In this document: positions 18,778 to 28,288 of the stretch, in pieces
Layout of the letters: the number at the start of each line of letters is the position of its first letter
Position numbering within the stretch: position 1 is the first letter of the stretch
Assembly (NCBI GenBank): GCA_964416155.1
Contig: CAYQCW010000011.1
Coordinates: forward strand, 1 to 53,806
Direction of reading: 5' to 3'
From: an uncultured Nitrososphaerota archaeon
Lineage (GTDB): Archaea > Thermoproteota > EX4484-205 > JAAOZP01
Length of the DNA: 53,806 nt
Notes under the pieces: model-generated
The model's database searches: none
What the model was told of the DNA's origin: nothing
The model's input: only the letters and a program-made list of their open reading frames with translations
Translations under genes and position numbers: made by a program

Positions 18778-19217
18778 AGCCGGCAAAGTTGGCTGAAGAC
18801 TATTTCAGGAGAGCAAGAGTTAGGGTGAAGAGTGCTGAACTCGCCTACTCTGACGGATCCTATCCTGACGTGGTCAGGTACAGCCAGGAGTGTGTTGAGC
18901 TTTCCTTGAAGGCAGCTCTAAGGGCCGTGGGCGTGGAATACCCTAAGGAACACGACGTGAGCAGGATTCTGAGAGCTGTCAAAGACAGGTTTCCCGAATG
19001 GTTTAGGAGAGAAGTTGAGAAGCTGGGCGAGATTTCTAGAGACTTGGCAGACAAGAGGGCGCCAAGCCTATACGGCATTGAGTCTTTATATAAAGCGCCC
19101 AGCGAAATCTTCGGCAGGGATGATGCTGAAAAAGCATTATCCGATGCTAAGTACGTTTTGAATATCGTTAGTAAACTTCTTCTAGAGCTTCAAATAATAT
19201 CTGAAAACTATATTTAA
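18774..19217 (+). CDS. HEPN domain protein (MNT-HEPN pair 2)
   Basis: SQECVELSLKAALRAVGVEYPKEHDV, KRAPSLYG; ATGA overlap with the MNT gene. Confidence 0.9.
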   Translation: MKPAKLAEDYFRRARVRVKSAELAYSDGSYPDVVRYSQECVELSLKAALRAVGVEYPKEHDVSRILRAVKDRFPEWFRREVEKLGEISRDLADKRAPSLYGIESLYKAPSEIFGRDDAEKALSDAKYVLNIVSKLLLELQIISENYI

Positions 19218-19315
19218 TGAAGATGGAAGGCGGCTGCAATTTTCCATTTATATGATTTTGCTCAAAAACCCTCCTATTTGAACAGCTATGCCTTTACCAA
19301 CGCCCTTGATTTGCA

Positions 19316-19717
19316 TTATGCCTTCAAAAGCCTTGTCTGCCTAGCCACGCCACCCGGGTATTTAGCGTTCAACTCCCCGTTCGACTTCAACGTATGCCAG
19401 TAAGGCGTGATGCCCTTTTTTCCCTTCTTAGCTTTTTCCTCAGCCGCATTTGCTGCAACCCAAGTGAAAATCCCGGTGGTTATCGGACAGCCAATGGTGG
19501 CTCCATGTCTACAAGTATTTCGCGAATTCTGTTTATCGTAATAACTTTACCCCTAGGAACTTTCCCCATAATTGCGTCAACTTCTCTTGGGGCAGGAATA
19601 ACAACAGTTCCAGTTCCCCACTCTTCAACTCATTTTGCCAGTGATTCTCTCAACCCTAGGTAGATCCTTATCTTCCATCAGCTTCTCCTGCCAAGACTTG
19701 CGTTGCTTTTTACCCGT
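19316..19717 (-). pseudogene. MGMT/alkyltransferase-like (Ogt C-terminal-type) pseudogene
   Basis: Manual translation: RKSWQEKL...ITGKMS* / WGTGTVVIPAPREVDAIM.KVPRGKVIT..IRE / HGATIGCPITTGIF...ITPYWHTLKSNGELNAKYP / GVARQ..LL*. Start codon position reads ACG; one stop and several frameshifts. Confidence 0.8.
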
Positions 19718-19854
19718 TTCTTCTCCCCTCTCCTAACCGTATTCGTATTTCTTGATGCGAAATAAAAAGGTTATTGCAACCGCCTATAAAACTGTCCCTA
19801 TTAACATGCTTTCCTTCCTTTAATGCTTGCTTTCAAGCACCCGCGTAAGGTTTA

Positions 19855-20349
19855 ATGCATTGGATGAGTTATATGGTTCAACGGCTGAAAAGGATGCTTA
19901 AAGAGGGCTGTTTGCTCAGAGAGGCGGGGGAAAATGATTTAGAAGCGATAATGAAGATTGAGAATGCTTCCTTCCCCAAATATCCTTACCCCATGGAGGT
20001 TTTCATAATCATCCTGAAGCATTACCCAAGATATTTCCTGGTGGCTGAATACTCGGGCAGAGTTTCAGGGTATGTTTGCGGAAGGCTTGCTGGAAAAGAC
20101 CGGGGGGAAGTTGTGTCCATAGCTGTTGAGCCAGGGTTGAGGAGGAGGGGAATTGGCAGGATGTTGATGCTTGAGCTTGAATCAAGGTTTAGGGAAGACC
20201 GTGTTAAAACTGTTCGTTTAGAGGCGGGTGTTGATAATAATGCGGCTATTCGGCTCTACGAGTCTTTGAGTTATGAGACAGTCGGATTGAGGCGAAGATA
20301 TTATCCTGATGGAAGCGACGCGTTGACAATGGTTAAAAATTTATGGTGA
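19855..20349 (+). CDS. rimI: RimI/Ard1-type GNAT N-acetyltransferase
   Basis: IENASFP, SIAVEPGLRRRGIG, LE..VDN.AAI.LYE, YYPDGSDAL.M. Confidence 0.85.
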   Translation: MHWMSYMVQRLKRMLKEGCLLREAGENDLEAIMKIENASFPKYPYPMEVFIIILKHYPRYFLVAEYSGRVSGYVCGRLAGKDRGEVVSIAVEPGLRRRGIGRMLMLELESRFREDRVKTVRLEAGVDNNAAIRLYESLSYETVGLRRRYYPDGSDALTMVKNLW

Positions 20350-20398
20350 AAATACGGGCTTCGCAATATGCCTAAAATGTTTATAATTATTCATCTGC

Positions 20399-20809
20399 GT
20401 GAGTTTAACCATGAGGGGGAGGATTGTTAGGACATCGATCTCGTTGCCCAGGGATCTGATAAAAGAGCTGGACAGGTTTGTAGATTCGATTAAATCCGAC
20501 AGGTCTAAGGTTGTTCAGCAGGCAATAAGGAATTTTTTAAGCATACCGCATGAAGAGGGGGATATGGTTTCAGGTTCCCTGACGATAGTCTATAGCCATG
20601 ATGAACGCGGTTTAGAAGAAGAACTAACAGATATTCAACACAGGTTCATCAACCTGATTATTTCAAACCTTCACATTCATTTAGACGAGCATAGATGCAT
20701 GTTAACGATATTTGTAAAAGGAAGCTTTAAGGATGTTCAAAGCCTTATGAGAAGGATTGTAGGGAGGAGAGGCGTGTTAATGGTTAAGGAATCGCTGGTA
20801 CGGGTTTGA
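20399..20809 (+). CDS. nikR: NikR-family nickel-responsive regulator
   Basis: RHH (RTSISLP..L..ELD, RSKVV..AIR) plus ACT-like domain with QH and HIHLDEHRC. Confidence 0.85.
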   Translation: MSLTMRGRIVRTSISLPRDLIKELDRFVDSIKSDRSKVVQQAIRNFLSIPHEEGDMVSGSLTIVYSHDERGLEEELTDIQHRFINLIISNLHIHLDEHRCMLTIFVKGSFKDVQSLMRRIVGRRGVLMVKESLVRV

Positions 20810-20827
20810 AAATGAATGGTTTGGAAA

Positions 20828-21829
20828 TCACTCTGGAAAAACTAAAATCCCCATGACTGACAATAGGAACACCACGTAGAGTGTTAATAGGTAGATGCCT
20901 TCTCTTGAGCCAAGGTTCCCCCTATGCATTAAATACCATAAGAGTATGTTTGCGAGCGTTGAAAAAGCCACCAAGTCGGAGAAAACCTTGATGTTAAATG
21001 TTACTGGAGAAAAGAAAAGTGTTACACCCAGTATAAGCGTGATATTCGTGAAGCAACTTCCCACCGTGTTGCTGAAAGCAAGATCCACATGTCCATCTAA
21101 CACAGCTTGAATACCTAGCGACAACTCCGGGAAGCTTGTCCCCACTGCGATGATGGTGGCAGATATTATGGAGGCAGGTATTCCGACTATGAGGGCTACT
21201 TCTACCGTCGAGTTAACTAGAAAATCTGCTGCAACAATAACTCCGATTACACCCAGTAATGCTAAAAACGTGTAGAGTATTAACTTGCCTCTCCTACGAT
21301 CCTTTACTTCAACAGCCTCAGTAGTTTCTTCGAAAGGCAACTGTCTCTTGAAAATTATTTGAAAGGTGTAGTACGCGTATATAACTATCAGTATTAGCCC
21401 AACGATTCTGCCAGCGGGCAGGAAGCTTATCAGAAGGATAGGAATGACGGACGCCGTGAAGATCCCAAGGTATAACAGGTCAAGCTCTTCAGGCTTAAAC
21501 CTGATTGTAGGGATTTTCTTCAATCTCGTTCTGAAAGAATACAGTATTAAACCTACTCCCATAATCAGGCAAATGTTAGCAATATTAGATCCTAATACGT
21601 TTCCTATTGATACTGCTGCCTCCCCCGACAATGCTGAGAAAAAGCCTACTGCAAGCTCCGGTAGAGAGGTTAACGTTGCTAGTAGCGTGAAGCCTATTCG
21701 AGACTTCCCTAAGCCGGTTATCTCAGAGACTTTTACAATATTCTTGACAGCCACGTGGCTGCTTATCACTAGCGCTAATAGAGAAACCACCATTCCTATG
21801 ATGTTTAACGGAAGTACGTCTCCCATCAT
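20828..21829 (-). CDS. Ca2+/Na+ antiporter (CaCA family)
   Basis: Alpha repeats TSLPEL...GNVLGSNIAN and GTSFPEL...NTVGS.FTN. Confidence 0.9.
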   Translation of the reverse strand: MMGDVLPLNIIGMVVSLLALVISSHVAVKNIVKVSEITGLGKSRIGFTLLATLTSLPELAVGFFSALSGEAAVSIGNVLGSNIANICLIMGVGLILYSFRTRLKKIPTIRFKPEELDLLYLGIFTASVIPILLISFLPAGRIVGLILIVIYAYYTFQIIFKRQLPFEETTEAVEVKDRRRGKLILYTFLALLGVIGVIVAADFLVNSTVEVALIVGIPASIISATIIAVGTSFPELSLGIQAVLDGHVDLAFSNTVGSCFTNITLILGVTLFFSPVTFNIKVFSDLVAFSTLANILLWYLMHRGNLGSREGIYLLTLYVVFLLSVMGILVFPE

Positions 21830-21978
21830 TTAAAGGCATCTTTGAACAAGACTTTAAAAAGTTTTTGTCAAGGCCATCGGAATCCAGGGCCCTGACTACA
21901 TCACAATAAGGACAGGGTTTCCGGAGTTGATTAATTCGGTATCCTTATCGCTATGGATAGCGGTAGCGTTAATCGCAA

Positions 21979-22983
21979 TCAGCGGTTTTCCCAGACGAGT
22001 ATGACCCCCAAGGCCCTTGTCCTGTCTTTTAACAGTTGCCCATAGATTTCTGGTGCATCCTTGTAAGATACTTTATGAGTTATGAGTTTTGAAACATCCA
22101 GCTCCCTGGTTTGAAGCATGTCGAAGAAGAGCTCAACATGTCTCTCCCTGCTCCAGGGGTTGTTTAGGGTTTCAATCGGCGGATGAGACGTGTTGTGTGC
22201 TCCTATTATGGTGAAGCTGGGAACGTTACAATAGTCGTGGAGATCTATGTAGGTTGGGCCTCTCGGGCTGCTTAGCACGACGAATCTTCCAAGTCTTCTT
22301 AAGCATTTAAGCTCGTCAACGATCAGGTTCTGGTTTCCAGTGACCTCGAATACAATATCAGCCATTCTCCCCTTAGTCAGTTTTCCAACTTCTGAAACGA
22401 CATCCTTCTTCAAAGGGTTTATCTTAACAATGGTCTCAGGAAGGTATTCAAGCCTATTGTCGGAGACGTCGACGACGATAACAGGCATTGCACCAGCCAT
22501 CTTGCAAATCCTGGCGGTCAACTGGCCGAGTATCCCCGCACCGTAGATTACGACGGATTCGCCGAATGAGAGCTGGCTCCTCCTGACACCGTTCATAACG
22601 ATCTCAGCTATCGTGAAGAATGATGCATCGTCCTCAGAAACACTCTGAGGGACGGGCATGACATCCTTCTGGGAGGCTGAAACATACATGGCGTGGGGAG
22701 AGTAGGAGGCAACGGTTTTCCCTATTAGGCTCCGGTCAGCATCAGGGCCGGTGTCGACAACCATGCCTATGTTGTCGTAGCCTGGGACAAACGGGTATTT
22801 GCCGTAGCTCGCCCAGTACGACTGGGGAGGGAAATCGCCGCTTAAAATAGTGAGCTCTGTTCCTATGCTGATCAGGCTCCGTTTGGTTCTTATGAGAACC
22901 TTTTCACCCTTGATCTGGGGGATCTCCTTGTCCTCAACAATAACGTTTTTAGGCTTCGGAAATACTACAGTAGGGTTCTTCAA
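21979..22983 (-). CDS. MDR-superfamily (Zn-binding) alcohol/sugar dehydrogenase
   Basis: SLISIGTE, YPFVPGY, VIYGAGILG, DIVFEVTG, LITH. Confidence 0.85.
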   Translation of the reverse strand: MKNPTVVFPKPKNVIVEDKEIPQIKGEKVLIRTKRSLISIGTELTILSGDFPPQSYWASYGKYPFVPGYDNIGMVVDTGPDADRSLIGKTVASYSPHAMYVSASQKDVMPVPQSVSEDDASFFTIAEIVMNGVRRSQLSFGESVVIYGAGILGQLTARICKMAGAMPVIVVDVSDNRLEYLPETIVKINPLKKDVVSEVGKLTKGRMADIVFEVTGNQNLIVDELKCLRRLGRFVVLSSPRGPTYIDLHDYCNVPSFTIIGAHNTSHPPIETLNNPWSRERHVELFFDMLQTRELDVSKLITHKVSYKDAPEIYGQLLKDRTRALGVILVWENR

Positions 22984-23082
22984 CTCGTCTTAAATACTGT
23001 TGTCTGGTAAATATTCTTTTCCGTTTAAACTTTGAGCAGCGTGCGGGGAAGACTTATAAACAGGTTATAGAACCGGCTCCTC

Positions 23083-24609
23083 ATGGCTTCAAATAAGCTT
23101 GACGAAATAACTCTTCCCGACGAGTTCAAAGATGTTTACGATGAGGAGGATGGTTTGAAGAGGTTCAGGCTTTTCATAGGGGGGAGATGGGTTAAACCTA
23201 GAAACGAAAAATACTTCAGTGTTAAATCTCCTTCAACCAGGAGGATTCTGGCGGAGGCTCCGCTGGGAAACAGGGATGATGCCCTCCAAGCTGTTTCAGA
23301 GGCGGATTCTTCAAGAAGTAAAATAAGGAATCTAGCGGCAATAGACAGGATAGAGATACTGGAGGAGGCGTCCAGCTTAATCGCAAAATATGAGGACCGC
23401 TTGGTCAGTATTATAGTGTCCGAGGCGGGTAAACCCTTAGCATACGCGAAGGGAGAGGTTAACGCTGCTAGGGAGAGGTTGAGGCTCACTCTGGAGGAGG
23501 CGAGAAAGATCTATGGAGAATACATTCCGGGGGACTGGGTCAACGATACTAAAAACAAGTTCGCAATAGTTCTAAAGGAACCCGTTGGAGTGGTTGCCGC
23601 TATTACGCCGTTCAACTATCCTTTTTTCTCACCGATAGCGAAGATTGCTCCTGCAATTGCCTCCGGGAACTGCGTGGTTCATAAGCCCGCCAGCGATACT
23701 CCAATAATGGGGCTCGTGCTAGCCAAGATACTGCAGGCCGCTGGGCTTCCGGATGGCGTTTTAAACGTTGTAACCGGGCCGGGAGGCGAGGTTGGAGACA
23801 CTTTCATTTCAGACCCAAGAGTGAGAGTTGTAAGCTTCACTGGAAGCACGGAAGTCGGGTCCAAGATACCTGTTAAAGCAGGCTTGAAAAAGCTTCATCT
23901 AGAGCTCGGGGGGAAGGCTGCTGCAATAGTTCTTAAGGATGCTGACCTTGACCTTGCCTCGGAGAAGATCACGTTAGGCGTTGTGAAGAACTCTGGTCAA
24001 CGATGCGACGCTATAAGTCGGGCGCTGGTGGTTAAAGAGATTGCCGACGAGCTTGTCGGTAAGCTTGAGGACAGGTTCAGAAGCATCAAGTTCGGCTATC
24101 CTTGGGAGGAGGGTGTTCAAGTTGGGCCTTTAATAAACGAGAGGGCTTTGAACCATGTTGCAAGCCTCGTCGAAGACGCTGTCAGCAAGAACGCTGTCCT
24201 ACTAGTGGGAGGAAGAAACCACGGTTTGATCTATGAGCCTACGCTTCTCGACCATGTGCCGCTTGAAGCCAGAGTTGCCTGGGAGGAGACGTTCGGCCCA
24301 GTACTACCTGTGATAAGGGTTAGGGACGAGTATGATGCTGTAGAGATTGCGAACAGGTCCAACCTGGGTTTAGACTCTGCGGTTTTCACGAATTCGCTAT
24401 ACAGCATGTGGAGGATTGCTAAGACTCTGCAAGTCGGCACGGTGAGCGTGAATGATGCTCCTGCACATGGGGTTGGGAACTTCCCATTCGGAGGCGTTAA
24501 GGATTCAGGAATGGGGAGAGAGGGGCTTGGATACAGTATTGATGAGTTGACGGTTATAAAAACGATTTCCGTGAACATTGCGCCATCCGGGCTCTGGAGG
24601 GGAAGATAG
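23083..24609 (+). CDS. gapN: Aldehyde dehydrogenase, probable non-phosphorylating GAP dehydrogenase
   Basis: ITPFNYP, KPASDTP, FTGSTEVG, LELGGK, SGQRCDAI, EETFGP, HGVGNFPFGG.KDSG.GREG; GEYIPGDW as in archaeal GAPN. Confidence 0.85.
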   Translation: MASNKLDEITLPDEFKDVYDEEDGLKRFRLFIGGRWVKPRNEKYFSVKSPSTRRILAEAPLGNRDDALQAVSEADSSRSKIRNLAAIDRIEILEEASSLIAKYEDRLVSIIVSEAGKPLAYAKGEVNAARERLRLTLEEARKIYGEYIPGDWVNDTKNKFAIVLKEPVGVVAAITPFNYPFFSPIAKIAPAIASGNCVVHKPASDTPIMGLVLAKILQAAGLPDGVLNVVTGPGGEVGDTFISDPRVRVVSFTGSTEVGSKIPVKAGLKKLHLELGGKAAAIVLKDADLDLASEKITLGVVKNSGQRCDAISRALVVKEIADELVGKLEDRFRSIKFGYPWEEGVQVGPLINERALNHVASLVEDAVSKNAVLLVGGRNHGLIYEPTLLDHVPLEARVAWEETFGPVLPVIRVRDEYDAVEIANRSNLGLDSAVFTNSLYSMWRIAKTLQVGTVSVNDAPAHGVGNFPFGGVKDSGMGREGLGYSIDELTVIKTISVNIAPSGLWRGR

Positions 24610-24654
24610 CCTCCGAGTCTAAAAATTAATATTCTTAAGAGTGGCTTTAGAAAC

Positions 24655-25620
24655 ATGGTTTCAAGAGAGTCGCGAAGGATCTTAGGCTTGGTTTACGGGA
24701 GGGAACTGCTATCCTATGATTTCGGCCCAAGCCATGTGATGAATTCAGCTAGGCTTGAATCCTTTTTCAAAGCCTTGGAGTCATCCGGGCTGGTTTCAGA
24801 CAGCCGGGTTATTCTGATTAAGCCTAGGATGGCAACTCTGGAGGAGATATCCCTATACCATGATGAGAGGCATATTGAATTCGTGAAGCGGATGTCTGCG
24901 GAGGGCAAGGGTCTACTGGACCATGGTGATACTCCTGCTTTCCCAGGTGTTTTCGAGGCTGCTTCCCTTGTAGTCGGCTCCACGCTTGAAGCGCTGGACG
25001 CAGTCATGAGAGGGGAGGTTTCATACTCTATGAACCCTATGGGAGGATTGCACCATGCGAGGCGTGGCAGGGCCGCCGGGTTCTGTGTTTTCAACGATGT
25101 CGGTGTTTTAATTGAGAAAGCCAGGAGAAAATATGGTCTTAGAAAAATACTGTACGTCGACTTGGATGCTCACCATGGCGACGGCGTGATGTACGATTAC
25201 TATTATGATCCGAATCTTTTCATCGTTGACTTCCATGAAAACGGAAGGTATCTTTACCCGGGAACCGGGTTCGAAGGGGAGACGGGTGGCGGGGGAGCCG
25301 TGGGGACTAAGCTGAACATTCCTTTAAGACCTTGGGCGACCGACCGGGATTTCGAGGATAAAATGGAGATTGTCAAACAGTTCGTGTCTAAAGCCTCTTT
25401 TGAATTGATGGTTTTTCAAGCCGGTGCTGACAGTGTTGCGGGAGACCCGATTACGCATTTGAAGCTAAGCGCCCGGGCTCACCTACAAATCGTTTCTTTT
25501 CTTAAAGACTTACCCGGTAAATCAAGCATGTGTCCTTTGATCGTGCTTGGCGGCGGCGGATATAATCCAAGCAACACCGCGGAAGTCTGGCTTAAAATAG
25601 TTAACGCCCTGATAAAATAA
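24655..25620 (+). CDS. Histone deacetylase family / AcuC-like deacetylase
   Basis: GGLHHA, AGFCVFND, VDLDAHHGDG, YPGTG, QAGADS..GDP, LGGGGY. Confidence 0.92.
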   Translation: MVSRESRRILGLVYGRELLSYDFGPSHVMNSARLESFFKALESSGLVSDSRVILIKPRMATLEEISLYHDERHIEFVKRMSAEGKGLLDHGDTPAFPGVFEAASLVVGSTLEALDAVMRGEVSYSMNPMGGLHHARRGRAAGFCVFNDVGVLIEKARRKYGLRKILYVDLDAHHGDGVMYDYYYDPNLFIVDFHENGRYLYPGTGFEGETGGGGAVGTKLNIPLRPWATDRDFEDKMEIVKQFVSKASFELMVFQAGADSVAGDPITHLKLSARAHLQIVSFLKDLPGKSSMCPLIVLGGGGYNPSNTAEVWLKIVNALIK

Positions 25621-25670
25621 CGGCGTGAGAAACATAAATTGTTAAATGTGCGTGAATAGCTCGGGATGAT

Positions 25671-26241
25671 TTGATAAAGATCGCAGTCTTGGCAGAGATA
25701 TTTGCAGTATTCTTCTAGGCCATGGGAACGTATTCGTAGCATATTTAAGCATGCTTTTCGACAATTACACTCAGAACTTTTTCAGGTTTGTCTCAGCCGG
25801 CGTCGTCTTCCTGTTGGCGGCCTCAATACTCTGAGCGGTTTAAACGGTTTCCATTAAGATTGCTCTAAGAAATTCAGACCTGCTTTCAGCAACAGTCAAC
25901 GTATTCCTATTCTCCGGAGTAATGTATCTGCCCTTCTCAGTATTAAACCGGAGGGTTATACATGCTCTAAAAGTAGAGCTGGCTTTGAACCTGCTGCTCA
26001 TCATCTCAGGAATTCTCGCAATAGGCTTGGCCAACTTTCTCAATCATTATGTCATACGAAGGCTGGAACCATCCCGCCCGTAAATCTTCAGATCCTTCTA
26101 CCGGTTTTCACCGGCGTGATTGTGGTCATAGTGTTCCGTGAAGAAATGCAGCCCCATAAAATCTTCTCCATCTTAACCTTGATCGGATGCTGGATCAACG
26201 TTAAAACCTCAGAACAAGTCATTAAGAGGCCGGTTGCATAG
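25671..26241 (+). pseudogene. EamA/DMT-family transporter pseudogene
   Basis: Manual translation: AVFF*AMG/VFVAYLS..FDNYTQNFFRF..., then SGILAIGLANFL.HYVIRRL / NLQILLPVFTG....VFREEM...KI...LTLIG. Stops, frameshifts and an apparent internal deletion. Confidence 0.7.
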
Positions 26242-26307
26242 TAGAAAAAAGAGGCTTATCCTCTTCAAATAGAAAGCTTTATCCATGCGGTTTCACCCAG
26301 CTAACGC

Positions 26308-27618
26308 ATGAGTAGTGCGGACGAGCTTGTGAAACTGCTTTCCAACCTGCTGCGAATAGACACCAGTAATCCGCCTGGGGACGAGAGTAATGCTGCCGGC
26401 TTCCTAAGAGACTGGCTCTCACAGAGAGGTGTTGAATCTGAAATCTTAGAGTTTGAGAAGGGAAGAGGCAATCTGGTTTCTAGGATAAAGGGCTCCGGCG
26501 AAGGACCATCGTTACTTCTGCTTTCACACACCGATGTTGTTCCCGCCGACCCGGCTAGGTGGAAGATTCCTCCTTTCTCCGGCGCTGTTAAAGACAGGTA
26601 TGTTTGGGGAAGGGGAGCGTTAGACATGAAGAGCATGGTTGCCGTGGAAACCATGGTTTTAAGCGAAATGGTTGACAGAGAGTTGAAGGGTGACCTAGTC
26701 CTTGCAGCGACTGCCGACGAAGAGAAAGGCGGCTCAGGGATAAAACACATGTTGGAGAAGGCGCTGGAAAAAATTACTGTCGACTATGTTATAAACGAGG
26801 GCGGGGGGGAAGGAATACTTACTAAGAAGGGTTGGCTTTTCGATATTCAGACGGCTGAAAGAGGGGTTTTTTGGTATCGTGTTCGCACAAAAGGTTCTCC
26901 TGCACACGGCTCAATACCTGGGCTCGGGGTGAACGCTATAGACAGGATGCGCCCCTTGCTAAACAGGGTTTCCGAATTCAAGGAGGCTTGCGAAATGGTT
27001 GAGCCCTCTTGGAGATACGTTGAATCCCTGTTGAAAATGATGGGGCTCGTCGATGAAGAGGTTAACATTAACAATATTGAAATTCTCCTAGATAGGTTGG
27101 CTGAAACCGATAAAGGATTGGGGGAGTCTGCTAAAGCAATGCTTCGGGTTACGATGACGCCTACAGTGATCCAAGGGGGCGTTAAGGAGAACGTTGTTCC
27201 ATACGGTTGCACGCTAACAGTGGACTGCAGAGTACCCCCGGGCCATTCTGGGGAGCGTGTAAAAAGGATGATTAAGGATTTGTTCCAAGGCCTTGAATAC
27301 GAGTTGGAGTTTATACAGGAGTCGGATCCCACCGTCTCTCCGGTTGACACTCCTTTATACAGGGTTATTGAGAGTTCCCTCTTAAAGCAGGTTCCTGGTG
27401 CTAGGCTTGAACCAACTACTAAGACGGGTGGAACTGATTCAAGATACTTTAGGAGGATGGGCATACCTGCATACGGCTTTCAGCCTTTAATGGTTGAGGG
27501 GAACTATTATGATTGGTTCAGAATGGTACATGGAGATAACGAAAGAATATCCATAGAGAATCTAGTATTCTGCTACAGGGTGCTGAAGCAAGTAGTAGAA
27601 TTATTCATGCTTAAGTAA
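26308..27618 (+). CDS. M20/M25/M40 metallopeptidase (ArgE/DapE-like)
   Basis: LSHTDVVPA, WGRGALDMK, ADEEKGG, NEGG, GGTDSRYF, HGDNERI. Confidence 0.92.
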   Translation: MSSADELVKLLSNLLRIDTSNPPGDESNAAGFLRDWLSQRGVESEILEFEKGRGNLVSRIKGSGEGPSLLLLSHTDVVPADPARWKIPPFSGAVKDRYVWGRGALDMKSMVAVETMVLSEMVDRELKGDLVLAATADEEKGGSGIKHMLEKALEKITVDYVINEGGGEGILTKKGWLFDIQTAERGVFWYRVRTKGSPAHGSIPGLGVNAIDRMRPLLNRVSEFKEACEMVEPSWRYVESLLKMMGLVDEEVNINNIEILLDRLAETDKGLGESAKAMLRVTMTPTVIQGGVKENVVPYGCTLTVDCRVPPGHSGERVKRMIKDLFQGLEYELEFIQESDPTVSPVDTPLYRVIESSLLKQVPGARLEPTTKTGGTDSRYFRRMGIPAYGFQPLMVEGNYYDWFRMVHGDNERISIENLVFCYRVLKQVVELFMLK

Positions 27619-27690
27619 CCTAGACTATTTACATCTTTAAGAAAGAGCAAATGGGCTAAGACTCTTAATTTAAAAAAATAGAGGTATTTG

Positions 27691-28080
27691 TTAGATGTAT
27701 TGTTTACAGTTGTAACAGTAGTACCTCTTGTACTGCGGTATCCATGTTCCAGGCTTGCCGCACTTTGGGCATAGCGGTGCTGGTGGTTGGCCTGCCGCGG
27801 GAGCCACTGCAGCTGGAGCCGGTTGTGCAGCCGGTGCAACAGCCACAGTCGTCGGCTGAGGTATCTCAACTTTTTTAGAAAGCAGAATTATGTCTCCAAC
27901 GGTCTTCACGTCGCCCCATTCCACCTCAATTGTGCTTCCTGCTTTTGTAGAGATGAAGAGAGTTATGGTTCCTTCGCCCGGGACTATGCCTATTTCCTTC
28001 ACCGTTCCGATGAAGAGACAATCAGGATCATAAACCTGCATACCTATCAGTTTCGACTGGGGAATACCTTTTCCACTCAT
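27691..28080 (-). CDS. PRC-barrel protein with Ala/Pro linker and C-terminal Zn ribbon
   Basis: LIGMQVYD..IGTVKEI...V.TVGDIILL; CPKCG...YCYNC. Confidence 0.8.
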   Translation of the reverse strand: MSGKGIPQSKLIGMQVYDPDCLFIGTVKEIGIVPGEGTITLFISTKAGSTIEVEWGDVKTVGDIILLSKKVEIPQPTTVAVAPAAQPAPAAVAPAAGQPPAPLCPKCGKPGTWIPQYKRYYCYNCKQYI

Positions 28081-28288
28081 TGCTGTCTAAGAAAGTTTCA
28101 AGGTATATATTAACTTTCGCGTTTTTCATTCCGGTAAATTTTTTCAGATTTGTTTTGCAACATATAAATAATGAACCAGACCGTAATCATCGTTTAATAC
28201 TGTCAACCACCTGGTTTCCGACTACAATCCGGTTTCCCGCTCTCCATTCGCATGTTTTTAAAAAAGGAGGCAGGTAGACAGCCATCCA

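Noticed and set aside
14355-19217. Casposon/pipolin-like self-synthesising element (PolB plus TA modules)
   Set aside because: PolB is a cellular PolB3 type with a PIP-like tail; no Cas1, integrase, terminal inverted repeats or att sites seen.
21834-21978. Short + strand open stretch (VKAIGIQGPDYITIRTGFPEL...) between the antiporter and dehydrogenase
   Set aside because: No start codon and no recognisable family.
26301-27464. Long antisense ORFs (149 aa, 205 aa) and the many similar overlapping short ORFs across the window
   Set aside because: They lie opposite or inside well-supported genes, are Ser/Pro/Leu-rich shadow translations and lack motifs.
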